A DNA stretch of 64,000 bases from Heterodontus francisci (Eukaryota), in the NCBI RefSeq assembly GCF_036365525.1, contig NC_090392.1, forward strand, positions 49,403,984 to 49,467,983. Direction: 5' to 3'. Shown in pieces: positions 36,616 to 48,660 of this stretch; position 1 is the stretch's first letter, and each line of letters starts with the position of its first letter. The notes under the pieces are model-generated. The model was not told the origin of the DNA, searched no databases, and saw only the letters and a list, made by a program, of their open reading frames with translations. The position numbers were made by a program, and so were the translations under genes.

Positions 36616-38294
36616 TTGGTGCATGTTTGAATAGTCAAATGAAATAGAGACATCAAGCCAAAAGGGATGGTAGAGATAATTGCAAGCTTCTGTAGCTCTT
36701 CGATATTTAAATGAGCTGATATGGTGAGAGTCTCGATTGGTGATGGGTCCTGGTGCAGAATCTGAATGAAATGAATCTACACACAGGTAACAAATGGCTC
36801 CTGTTACTGATTAATGGCCATTTTACATTTGATTAACATTTTTCAAATAACTCTCTGGGATTATTCAACAAGTTTTCTTCACTCAAGATCATGTTTGCTG
36901 GGAACCCCTTATGTATCTGTCAGCGTGTCCTGGAGGTCTGCTATGCTGGGAATGTAGAGAGCAAAGAAAGGCACTGACCCCACCACATCCTGCCCCTCCC
37001 ACACTTTCCCATTATCTGATAGCTAAGCTTTTTGCTCCACTCCACTCATAGGGCTAGATTTTGACTTCCAGCAGACATGGCGGAGGGTTTTCTCTGGGGA
37101 CTCATGCCAAGAGCAAAGAGGCCATAGACACTTTGAGGCCTGGGACTCTTTTAACCAAACTGGCCAGCCGTCTGCCCCCAAACTGGCATCCCCATGCAGC
37201 TCACTGGATTCAGGAGGTCTGCCTGACAACAGGATAAGTCCTGGCTAGGGGTGCCCGTGATATTGAACTGGAGGGGGTGCGATGTTGGAGTTGGGGGCGG
37301 TGCTGTGGGGAGCGCCCCAGAGATTGGAGCTCTGGACCCCACTGTTTCTAATCTACACCAATGGCCTGAGTTCAGAAGCACCATCCAAACTGGGAACAGA
37401 TCAGTAGTCAAGGATCTTCAGAAGAATCTAAATTGAATTTGCAAGTGGAGAGAACTACGGTAAATGAAAATAAATACAGATAAATCAAAGCTCTTACTCA
37501 CGGGAAAGGAACGCTGGAGAAGTACAAGAAATCCCCAGGAGTGTCCAGGCTGAGTTTTGGCTGATTTTAGTGACTGGAGGCATCTTGTTCCCCAAGGTAA
37601 ACCTCATAGGGATAAGTAAAAGTGTTTCTTTCCCTATGATATTTGAACATTTTTGTTTTAATTAGTTGTAGAAATATTGGAGATCGGGGCAAAAGGCTGT
37701 GTGACTGGGTGAGGCAGTTGGAGGTATGAGGTTATGTGATGAAACTTCCAAAAGTACACCCAACCTAGCTCTGCCACTGTGCGTACTAGGAACACAGGAT
37801 CAGGAGTAGCCATTTAGCCCCTTGAGCCTGTTCCACCATTCAATGAGATCACAGTTAATCTGGTACTGCGAGCATGTATTGTTCAGTACACTGAGTCACT
37901 GGTGTGAATCTGTGTGATCCAGCTTTCACATACAGTTCTCTGGTGCATTATGATAACAATTTTCTGGGGATTATTTTTGCATTTGTGTGTTTTGCACAAC
38001 AGCTGATTACCAGATTTCCCACACCCCAGACAATAACACACAACAAGCACCAGCTCCACAATGTAACCACTACCAGGCGGACTGGGAAACTAGGTAAAAG
38101 CCTGTGGGCTTAGTTTAAACATTTCCTCAGACCTGTCCTCTCCCAGTTTGCTCTCTCTGCTTCCATTTCTCCCTTTCTGTACTCATCCTTTCTCCCATAA
38201 GAAGCGAGAAATACAAAAACTGCCAGAAATACAAATAATGTCAATCTGGATCTGCATTGGGAAGCGACTGACTGGAAGAGTCCCTGACTAGAAG

Positions 38295-38705
38295 ATAACC
38301 GAGCCTCTTGATTTAAAAATTCTCATCCTACTTTTCAAATCTCTCCATTTCCTCACCCTCCCTAACCCTGTAACATCCTGCAGCCCTACAACCCTCCGAG
38401 ATATCCCCACTGCTCTGATTCTGGTCTCTTGTGCGTCCCTGATTTTTTTCGCTCTACCATTGGCAGCCATGCCTTCAGCTACCGGAGCCCCAAGCTCTAG
38501 AATTCCATCTCTGAACCTTTCCAATCTCTCTACCTCTACTCCTTTAAGACACTCCTTTAAAATCTACCACTTTGACAAAGCTTTTGATCATCTGTCCATC
38601 GTTATGTGACTCAATGTTAAATTTTGTCTGATAGTTACTCCTGTGAAGAGCCTTGAGATGTTTTACTATTTTAAAGGTGCTATATTAATGCAAGTAGCTG
38701 TGTTG
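38295..38705 (+). mobile_element. L2 LINE 3' end
   Basis: LDLKILILLFKSL...IGSHAFSYRSPKL*NS; tail aaaggtgctatattaatgcaagtagctgtgttgtt. Confidence 0.85.
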
Positions 38706-39528
38706 TTAACAGGATTGAACAATGTAATGGTGGAGAGGGAAAAGAACAGCAGCTGACAGGTGTTGCTGAGAGGCGGTTTGCAGGGTTTGTTGTGTTCTTC
38801 AAGAGTTTAATATTTTTTATTCCTATTTCTGTCTGATCTGCTTCCCACATTCTCCCACTGTCTCACTTCATTCCTTTGCACCCTCACTTCCTTCTGGTTT
38901 ATCATTCAGAGAGGCATCAGGATGGCTGGTGTGGGAAGTTGGAATATCGCACTAGTGCAGTAAGAGTTGTTCTGCGGTTGAGATAATTTCCAGAGGAGTG
39001 GGATAAGTCTTGCGCTGCAATAATCTTTTACTTACTGTGTGTCACACGTGTGCCGCTGAGGCACACACGATCCGCAGTGTCAATGCCTGCCGTACTTGAC
39101 CCAAGAGTGCTTCATGCTAACGCTGTCTGAGATATTATTTACAAAATATGTCTCAGTTCCAACCTTATAAGAATTCCTATCAACTCAGTGAACGAGTAAA
39201 AGCTGAGAAGTAGGTAGTAGCATTGGCCTATCTTATATATTGTTCCTATTTCATGCAATAGTAGAGAAAATTGCTGCCTATTATGGCCAATGTCACTTAC
39301 CTGTATGATGCCATGTGGGCATGATATTGACTGAAGCTGCTGGTGATCCCTGTTTGAGCAGGAGAAAGATAGAAGAGTTGAGGATGCTGGTGACTTGACT
39401 GCCTCCGCCTCTGGCAATGCCAATCACATGGCACAAGCTGAATATATTTTCTTGCAGGAGATGGCACTCCAACTGATTCCTGGCCAATCACAACCTGTGG
39501 AGCCAGCATTGAGGAAACAGGTGGCAGA

Positions 39529-39668
39529 CACTGGGTACAGAGGACACTGTCATGTGACCGTCACTGGGTACAGAGGACACTTTATATGTGGCTGTCACTG
39601 TGTACAGAGGACAATGTATATGTGGTTGTCACTGGGTACAGAGGACACTGTATATGGCTGTCACTGGA
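39529..39668. repeat. ~34-bp tandem repeat (GTCACTGGGTACAGAGGACACTGTATATGTGGCT), about 4 copies
   Basis: Directly visible units. Confidence 0.9.
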
Positions 39669-40320
39669 TGTGCTTATAGAAATGTAAAGAGCCAGGAATA
39701 TTCCAGCTGAAATAAACATTCCGAGTGAGAAGGGTCCTGGCTTCTGACGCTGTGTCTGCGTTTAATAGGATGCATGCAATTCCCTTTGTCTGACTCTAGT
39801 CTCTACCATGCAGCTGGGGAGGAAACCTCCAGCCATTAGCCCATCTCGGTGTGTTTATCCATCGTAAATTCACATCTGTTTTTGTACAAACACATTAGGC
39901 CCCAAATCACCATCTCTAAACAGATTGCAGAGTGCCAGGGGCCTGGTGAGATAATGACTATCTAACTCTGAGGCTGATCTAAATATAACTGAAAAACTCA
40001 AAAGCCTGTTATTCAAAATATTGAAACTAGACAAATTGGATAATTGATCTACTTCCCAAAACTGAGATGTTTATTTAGAAAGGTTTAAACTCATTTACTT
40101 CTCCAGTTTATTATTACGATGGGTGTGATGAGTGGGTGCTCCACTGATTTATCACCTCCCTCAGTAAATGGCTTCCCAAACAGCTGAGCAGAACTTTTAC
40201 CGAGCAGATTTATCTCTTCTGTGTTTCTATCACACAACAACAGGTCTTGTATCTCACTCAAGCTTCAGCGTCTATATTGCACTCCCGGGCTGGGGGTGAG
40301 GCTCGTGTTCAGAAGTACAG

Positions 40321-40655
40321 GGCGGCAGTGGTTAGCACCGCAGCCTCACAGCTCCAGCGACCCGGGTTCAATTCTGGGTACTGCCTGTGTGGAGTTTGCA
40401 AGTTCTCCCTGTGTCTGCGTGGGTTTTCTCCGGGTGCTCCGGTTTCCTCCCACAAGCCAAAAGACTTGCAGGTTGGTAGGTAAATTGGTCATTATAAATT
40501 GCCCCTAGTATAGGTAGATGGTAGGGAAATATAGGGACAGGTGGGGATGTGGTAGGAATATGGGATTAGTGTAGGATTAGTATAAGTGGGTGGTTGATGG
40601 TCGGCACAGACTCGGTGGGCTGAAGGGCCTGTTTCAGTGCTGTATCTCCAAAACT
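40321..40655 (+). mobile_element. HE1-like V-SINE
   Basis: tRNA-like head, GGTTCAATT B box, V-domain-like core, CR1-like 3' end gggcctgtttcagtgctgtatctc. Confidence 0.92.
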
Positions 40656-41301
40656 ACAGACACACAACCAATAGACAATTAATCACCCAATCAATGGAAT
40701 GTAAAATCAGGCGGAGTGTAAATGGGACGGCTGATTGGCTACCGCTCTTTTGCATAGTCAACGGACAGGATGATTGGGGGAGAGAGGTGTGTATAATGGA
40801 TGGCCCGCCCATTACCGCCTGCTTTGCGTCCCATCCAAAATGGAATTTCAACCACAATGATTCACCCAGTCCACCCTAAGGCCTCCTTCTTGCATGTGCT
40901 CCTCAAAAGGGGCACCTTTCGAGACACTGGGTGAGGAACAAAAGGCAGGAGCATGAGTCACTTCTCCTCCCATCTCATTAACATTCCTGCCATTCAGCTT
41001 TCCCCCCCCCCCCCCGACCCTCCCCCAGCTCCCAGGCATAGAGAGTGGAGACTCAACATCCTGTGTCTCCATTTCCTTTTCCTCCTCTATCCTCATGTCC
41101 CTGTTAATTTGCTTATATTTAAAGATCCAATGAGCATGAAAAACAGTTCAACAGTGCCTCCTCTTAAAGTAACCCCACTAATGGAATAATTTAAACAAAA
41201 GGTCTAATTAAACTAAAATAAACTTACAGTGTTAAAACATATTACCGATGTCTATCAGACACCCCAGTCCCTGTGGTGCCCAGTGGTCATGGAAGGCCTT
41301 G

Positions 41302-43075
41302 AGAATTTTAGAATTTAGAACATTACAGCGCAGTACAGGCCCTTCGGCCCTCGATGTTGCGCCGACCTGTGAAACCATCTGACCTACACTATTCCATTTT
41401 CATCCATATATCTATCCAATGACCACTTAAATGCCCTTAAAGTTGGCAAGTCTACTACTGTTGCAGGCAGGGCGTTCCACGCCCCTACTACTCTCTGAGT
41501 AAAGAAACTACCTCTGACAGCTGTCCTATATCTATCACCCCTCAACTTAAAGCTATGTCCCCTCGTGTTTGCCATCACCATCCGAGGAAAAAGACTCTCA
41601 CCATCCACCCTATCCAACCCTCTGATTATCTTATATGTCTCTATTAAGTCACCTCTCCTCCTCCTTCTCTCCAACGAAAACAACCTCAAGTCCCTCAGCC
41701 TTTCCTCGTAAGACCTTCCCTCCATACCAGGCAACATCCTAGTAAATCTCCTCTGCACCCTTTCCAAAGCTTCCACATCCTTCCTATAATGCGGTGACCA
41801 GAACTGCACGCAATACTCCAGGTGCGGTCTCACCAGAGTTTTGTACAGCTGCAGCATGACCTCGTGGCTCCGAAACTCGATCCCCCTACTAATAAAAGCT
41901 AACACACCATATGCCTTCTTAACAGCCCTATTAACCTGGGTAGCAACTTTCAGGGATTTATGTACCTGGACACCAAGATCTCTCTGCTCATCTACACTAC
42001 CAAGAATCTTCCCATTAGCCCAGTACTCTGCATTCCTGTTACTCCTTCCAACGTGAATCACCTCGCACTTTTCCGCATTAAACTCCATTTGCCATCTCTC
42101 AGCCCAGCTCTGCAGCCTATCTATGTCCCTCTGTACCCTACAACATCCTTCGGCACTATCCACAACTCCACCGACCTTAGTGTCATCCGCAAATTTACTA
42201 ACCCACCCTTCTACACCCTCTTCCAGGTCATTTATAAAAATGACAAACAGCAGTGGCCCCAAAACAGATCCTTGCGGTACACCACTAGTAACTAAACTCC
42301 AGGATGAACATTTGCCATCAACCGCCACCCTCTGTCTTCTTTCAGCTAGCCAATTTCTGATCCAAAGCTCTAAATCACCTTCAACCCCATACTTCCGTAT
42401 TTTCTGCAATAGCCTACCGTGGGAAACCTTATCAAACGCCTTACTGAAATCCATATACACCACATCCACTGCTTTACCCTCATCCACCTGTTTGGTCACC
42501 TTCTCGAAAAACTCAATAAGGTTTGTGAGGCACGACCTACCCTTCACAAAACCGTGCTGACTATCGCTAATGAACTTATTCTTTTCAAGATGATTATAAT
42601 TCCTGTCTCTTATATCCTTTTCCAACATTTTACCCACAACCGAAGTAAGGCTCACAGGTCTATAATTACCAGGGCTGTCTCTACTCCCCTTCTTGAACAA
42701 GGGGACAACATTTGCTATCCTCCAGTCTTCCGGCACTATTCCTGTCGACAATGACGACATAAAGATCAAGGACAAAGGCTCTGCAATCTCCTCCCTAGCT
42801 TCCCAGAGAATCCTAGGATAAATCCTATCTGGCCCAGGGGACTTATCTATTTTCACACTTTCCAAAATTGCTAACACCTCCTCCTTGTGAACCTCAATCC
42901 CATCTAGCCTAGTAGTCTGAATCTCAGTATTCTCCTCGACAACATTTTCTTTCTCTACTGTAAATACTGACGAAAAATATTCATTTAACGCTTCCCCTAT
43001 CTCCTCTGATTCCACACACAACTTCCCACTACTATCCTTGATTGGCCCTAATCTAACCTAATCTAACTCTAGTCA
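41302..43075 (-). mobile_element. Young 5'-truncated CR1 LINE
   Basis: Uninterrupted 545-aa ORF2 portion, short 3'UTR, (TTCTAAA)n tail. Confidence 0.96.
41384..43021 (-). CDS. CR1 ORF2 C-terminal part: reverse transcriptase domain, endonuclease missing; TE-derived, not a host gene
   Basis: [57 protein letters not shown] with no stops. Confidence 0.85.
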   Translation of the reverse strand: MCVESEEIGEALNEYFSSVFTVEKENVVEENTEIQTTRLDGIEVHKEEVLAILESVKIDKSPGPDRIYPRILWEAREEIAEPLSLIFMSSLSTGIVPEDWRIANVVPLFKKGSRDSPGNYRPVSLTSVVGKMLEKDIRDRNYNHLEKNKFISDSQHGFVKGRSCLTNLIEFFEKVTKQVDEGKAVDVVYMDFSKAFDKVSHGRLLQKIRKYGVEGDLELWIRNWLAERRQRVAVDGKCSSWSLVTSGVPQGSVLGPLLFVIFINDLEEGVEGWVSKFADDTKVGGVVDSAEGCCRVQRDIDRLQSWAERWQMEFNAEKCEVIHVGRSNRNAEYWANGKILGSVDEQRDLGVQVHKSLKVATQVNRAVKKAYGVLAFISRGIEFRSHEVMLQLYKTLVRPHLEYCVQFWSPHYRKDVEALERVQRRFTRMLPGMEGRSYEERLRDLRLFSLERRRRRGDLIETYKIIRGLDRVDGESLFPRMVMANTRGHSFKLRGDRYRTAVRGSFFTQRVVGAWNALPATVVDLPTLRAFKWSLDRYMDENGIV

Positions 43076-43764
43076 GTATAGTTGAGTATACCCTTGGGCA
43101 CTGTTTGCTGCCTCTCCATGGCCACACAGGCATGGACAAGACCATGAAAGAGAAGAGGGCAGCCCGTCCTCTCCACCCTTCATCCTGGGACTGTGAATGG
43201 CTGTTCTGGTCAGGAGCAGCCCCATGAGCAGGTCCGCTGGCCTATCCGCTCCCCATCCTTACTGGCAGGCCAAAGATCAGGAGTGGGGGTGGAAATTAAA
43301 CCATAAGATTGAGGAGCAGCTCCCTTTACATAGTAAAATAAGGACTGTAACCTCTCATGCTTTTCCTTTGCAGATCTCAACCTGATCTTACTAATACATT
43401 TTGGGGTTCTTATTTAGGATTTCTCCACAAATGAGGCAACAGGCTTCAAAACAATCCTTTCCAAATCCACCCCCAATCCCCCTCCCTCACCTTGCTACCC
43501 ACCACGCCCTCCCCAATCCCCCACCCAGTCCCAGCCCACATGATTCAAACAGCACAAACCAGTGAGCATGAAATATAAGGACAGATAGACTGACTTACCT
43601 GAGGTCTGGTTGCTGGATTGCTCGGGGGCTATGCATGTCTCAGAGGCTGCAGTTTGGACACCCATGTGTGTAAAGAAGATTGCTGCATTTATGTGGAGTT
43701 AGGTCACAGATCAGCCATGACCTCATTGAATGGCACAACAGGCTCAAATGTCTAAATGGCCTAC

Positions 43765-44900
43765 TCCTCTTCAATCACTTCTTTGCTGCAATGCTTAAGG
43801 AAGCCACTAGAAACATGCCTGCCAACATCAACATTCGGTTCCGTTCAGGGAAGCTCTTCAATCTCTCCATACTGCGTAGCTCCACCAAAGTGACAGTGAT
43901 CGTAAGCAGAAAGCTTCTGTGTACAGTAGACTGTGTCCTAGCTGCCCACAACAAGGAAGACATCCAGACTATAGCAAACAAATTCTTGAGTGCTGCCAAA
44001 ATCTTTGGTCTCCAAATCAGTATCTCCAAGACTGATGTTATGTTTCAGCCAGCAATAGGCACATGTTATGAAGCACCAGACATAACCATTGATGGCACCA
44101 GTCTCAAGGCTGTAGAAAAGTTCTCAGACCTTGGGAGTGTGTTCTGTAGGGATGCTACAATTGGTAAAGATATCCGTGCACGCATCCAGAAAGCATGTTC
44201 TGCCTACGGCCAACACCATGAAGACTATAATCAAACTCTACCAAGCCATTGTCCTTACCACCCTGCTGTATGGCGCAGAATAATGGGTCTGCTATAGATG
44301 CCAAATTGAAGCTCTGGAACGCTTCCACCAAAGTCACTGGAGGTCCACCATGAGAATTCGATCGCTGGCCAAAATCACAAACAATAAGGTCCTCCAGTGT
44401 GCTGGGCACAACAGCATGGAGACCACTCTACAGAGAATTCAACTTAGATGGGCAATCCATGTCTCCTGCATGGATGATTCCAGAATCCACAAGAAGATCT
44501 TTGATGGGGAACTGTCTCACGGCAATCGATATCAAGGTGGTCATTACAAATGACATAAGGACACTCCAAAAAAGATTTCTGCATTGCAGACCACCTCGCC
44601 TGGGAAAACACAGCAGTCAACTAGCCCATGTGGAGGCAAGCACTGAAATTTGGTTCAGCATGTTTCAAGGACCATCTACACCAAACTCGTGACATTCAAC
44701 ATGCCCAGAGGAAAGTCAGAGGTGGCACAGCTGCATAGGTTCATCCAAGCACCAACAATGAAATAGGAATTGCCAGTTCTGTGGATATCCATGCTGATCC
44801 CACATCTACTCCTTAGTTATGAGAGGACCCACAGAATATTATGAGATCAATAACATCTTGGACATACTCAATCACCAAGAAGTCTACCATGGATAATGCC
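43765..44900 (+). mobile_element. Old RTE-clade LINE fragment, directly fused to a CR1 3'UTR fragment (~43690-43770)
   Basis: IRFRSGKLFNL, FGLQISISKTDVMFQP, VEKFSDLGS, QLRWAIHVSCMDDSRIHKKIFDGEL; many frameshifts. Confidence 0.85.
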
Positions 44901-45324
44901 AATACAGGGAGCAGCCCTGAGGAAATTCCCAAGGTAGCTCCCTGCTTTGATGTGAACCATTGCCACAGAAAACAGTTTGATTTTATTTAGAGCCATCCAC
45001 TGACTGGTCTAAATATCTCCAACAGTGACCTGAGTGTGAAGCATACACACTAATCCAGTGCAGCCAATCCAGGTCTAATAGAAGCATCAGCCAATGTCCT
45101 ACAAAGATGTGTAGAGTGGAAAGTCCCATATTCCATGTAAACTGAGTTAGCTGATCCCCACAAGGAGAGCTGTTGGAGAGAAAGAATCAACTAGCTTTCT
45201 CCAAGCCCCTGTGTTTTTTTTTACCTAGTGAGCCCTGTTTGGAAAGTGCACATGTCTGGATACTGGGCTACAACAGGATTCAGTAATCTCTGTGATTAAT
45301 TTTCCTCCCAACATTCATTGTTTC

Positions 45325-47365
45325 ATAAGAACATAAGAAAATAAGAACATAAGAAATAGGAGCAGGAGTAGGCCATTCAGCCCCTCAAGCCTGTCCTGCC
45401 ATTCAATAAGATCATGGCTGATCTGTCCCAGGCCTCAACTCCTCTTTCAGGCCTGCCCCTCAACTCCTCAAGATTTCAAAAATCTATCTACCTCCTCCTT
45501 AAATACATTTAGTGACCTAGCCTCCACAACTCTCTGAGGTAGAGAATTCCAGAGATTCACCACCCTCTAAGAGAAGAAATCCCTTTGCATCTCAGTTTTA
45601 AATGTGTGACCCCCTTATTCTGTAACTATGTCCCCTAGTTCGAGATTCCCCCACCAGTGGAAACATCTTCTCAACATCTACCCTGTCAAGCCCACTTAAA
45701 ATCTTATATGTTTCAATAAGATCACCCCTCATTTTTCTAAACTCCAATGAATAAAGGCCGAACCTGTTTAACCGTTCTTGATAAGACAGCCCCTTCATCC
45801 CAGGAATCAGCCTAGTGAACCTTTTCTGAACTGCCTCCAATGCTAGTATATCCTTCCTTAACTACGGGGACCAAAACTGTACACAGTACTTCATGTGTGG
45901 CCTCACCAACACCCTGTACAGTTGTAACAAGACTTCCCTATTTTTAAACTCTAACCCCCCCTAGCAATAAAGGCCAAAATTCCATTTGCCTTCCTAATTT
46001 CTTGCTACACCTGCATGCTAACTTTTTGTGTTTCATATACAAGAACACCCAGATCCCTCTGTACTGCAGTATTTTGTAGTCTTTCTCCATCTAAATAATA
46101 ATCTGCCTTTTTATTCTTCCTACCAAAGTGGATTACCTCACACTTTCCCACATTGAACTCCATCTGTCAAGTTTTTTCCCACTCACTTAACCTATCTATA
46201 TCCCTTTGCAGATTCTTTGTGTCCTCATCACAACATGCCTTCCCACCTATTTTTGTATTGTCAGCAAATTTGGATACACTACATTCTGTCCCTTCCTCCA
46301 AGTCATTAATGTAGATAGTAAATAGTTGAGGCCCTAGGACCAATCCTTGTGGCGCCCCACTAGTTACGGCTTTCCAACCTGAAAAAGATCCATTGATCCC
46401 AACTCTCTGACTTCTGTGTTTTAGCCAATCCTCAATCCATGCTAACACATTACCCCCAATACCCTGAGCTCTTATTTTGTGCAATAACCTTTTATGTGGC
46501 ACCTTATCGAAAGCTTTCTGAAAATCCAATACACTACATCTACCAGTTCCCCTTTATCCACTCTGCTTGTTATATCCTCAAAGAACTCTTGACACATTTG
46601 TCAAATATGATTTCCATTTCAAAAAACCATGTTGATTCTGTTTGATTGCATTATGTTTTTCTAAATGTCCTGCTATTTCTTCCTTAATAATGGACTCAAG
46701 CATTTTCCCAATGACAGATGTTAAGCTAACTGGTCTATAGTTTCCTGCTTTCTGTCTCCCTCCTTTCTTGAATAGGGGTGTCACATTAGCGGTTTTCCAA
46801 TCCGCTGGTACCCTACCGGAATCCGTGAGTTTTGGTAAATTATGACCAATGCCTCCACTATCTCTGCAGTCACTTCTTTTAAAACCCTTGGATGCAGGCC
46901 ATCAGGTCCTGGCGACTTGTCTGTCTTTAGTCCTATCAGTTTGTCCAGCACTTTTTCCCTCATGATAGAGATTGTTACAAGTTCCTCACTCCCATTTACA
47001 CTTTACTCATTTATTATTGTTGGGATGTTTTTCGTGTCCTCCACCATGAAGACCGATGCAAAATATTGGTTTAAATTATCTGCCATTTCCCTGTTCCCTG
47101 TTATTAATTCCCCAGTCTCATCCTCTAAGGGTCCCACGCTTACTTTAGCTACTCTCTTCCTTTTTATATACCTGTCGAAGCTCTTACTGTTTGTTTTTAT
47201 ATTTCTTTCCAATTTACTCTCATAATCAATTTTCTCCCTCTTTATTAGATTTTTAGTCATCTGCTGCTGGTTTCTAAAAAAAAATCCCAATCCTCTGGCC
47301 TACCACTAGCTTTTGCCGCTCTGTACGCCTTTGATTTTGATTTGATACTCTCCTTAACTTCCTTT
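45325..47365 (-). mobile_element. CR1 LINE, 5'-truncated, frameshifted ORF2
   Basis: DKSPGPDGLHPRVLKE, NYRPVSLTS, DFQKAFDKVPH, KFADNTK, RGDLIETYKIL; (TTCTTATG)n tail. Confidence 0.95.
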
Positions 47366-48079
47366 GTTTCAGTTCATTCTGGAAAGTGGTCACCAGCCTG
47401 AGGTACCAGTGCTGGTCTAACTGCACCCCATCAAGAGTCAGCAGGGAGGTGAGTAGGGAATGGAAGGATACCAGACCTGAAAGTGCATGGGCATTCCAGC
47501 CTCTGTAAGGGTCAGATTTGTCGGCCCATGACCCCTAACACTAACCCTGCCAAAGTAGGCGGAGTCAAGAGATGGTCAAGAATTAGAGTAAACCAGGTGA
47601 CCAGTTGAATACAAGAGCCATGAGGCTGTCTCTTGGGTATCGGTTAGAGGATACGGAGTACAGGCGAGGGTGGTGGTGGACTATGGTGGTGCCCCCCGCC
47701 CTGAGAAAGATCACTAAATCAAGTAAGGGATCAATAAATGTTGAAAAACTTCCTCAAAACTTTGAGTTTCTAGGCCACAGAGCCTAGATGGGCTGTACTA
47801 TGATCGAGATGCTCAATGTGATCAGGATGTTCAGGATTAGACAGTATGGTAACACATGATGCAACACAATTGCCTCACCCAACCAGGAACAACTCCAGAT
47901 TTGGGTATCCTGTCCCCCAGCCATGCCCCCTCTTGATGTGGTGAACACATTTGGGGAGGGTGTAGGTTCTGCCCACATTAGGCTTCAAAGGAAAGGCCAG
48001 AGAAGGCCAGTACCAGTGTAGCCTAGTTTTGCAGCCTTTGTACCACACCCCAACTGGGCTTATAATGGGAGCACCTCAA

Positions 48080-48272
48080 CTCCATTTGTTCATCTTTGAT
48101 TCCTATCCCTTGATACCCTTACCCAACAGAAGTCTACCGACCGCAGTCTTGATCATTCCAGTTGACACAGCATCCACAGCCTTCTGGGACAGAGAGTTCC
48201 AGATTTCCACTAACATTTGTGTGAAAAGAGCTTCCCGATTTCATTCCTAAGTGGCCTAGCTCTAATTACTTT
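48080..48272 (-). mobile_element. CR1 3' fragment
   Basis: cctatcccttgatacccttacc...gagagttccagatttccactaac...tcattcctaagtggcctagctctaatt. Confidence 0.65.
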
Positions 48273-48554
48273 AAACTGGGAGGTTTGTGTGTGCATGAAT
48301 GAGACAAAGAATAAGCCAGAAATACTGTACAGATTATACACCTGTTTTAGCTTTAGTTGGTGCTATGCTGTATTAACCAGAAAGTGTATTAAGCCCCGGG
48401 AAAAAGACAATGTTCTTCTGCCTCCTAATTTGAGTTTTTTAAGGAAAGAAATGGTTTGAAATTTGAAAGCAAATAAAGCCTCTAAATGTCATTTGGTATA
48501 ATTGTTGTTTGTTGTTAGTTAGAAAATGTCAATATTTTAGTTGAGGAAAATTGT

Positions 48555-48660
48555 GAGATACAGAGATAGAGACACACATCAATACAGAGAGGGATGGAGA
48601 TTTAGAGATAGAGACTTAGAGACGGAAAGAGAGACAGATAGAAAATGACAGAGATCAATA
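48555..48660. repeat. Degenerate (GA/GATA/GACA)n low-complexity tract
   Basis: Purine-rich gagata/gagaca units. Confidence 0.7.

Noticed and set aside
40321-40390. tRNA-like sequences (also near 8290-8355, 31225-31292, 32110-32177)
   Set aside because: These are SINE heads continuous with the HE1 body, not tRNA genes
43680-44297. 205-aa ORF as a novel fusion protein
   Set aside because: A CR1 3'UTR abutting a decayed RTE RT with a destroyed catalytic motif (LCTVDC); frameshifted downstream
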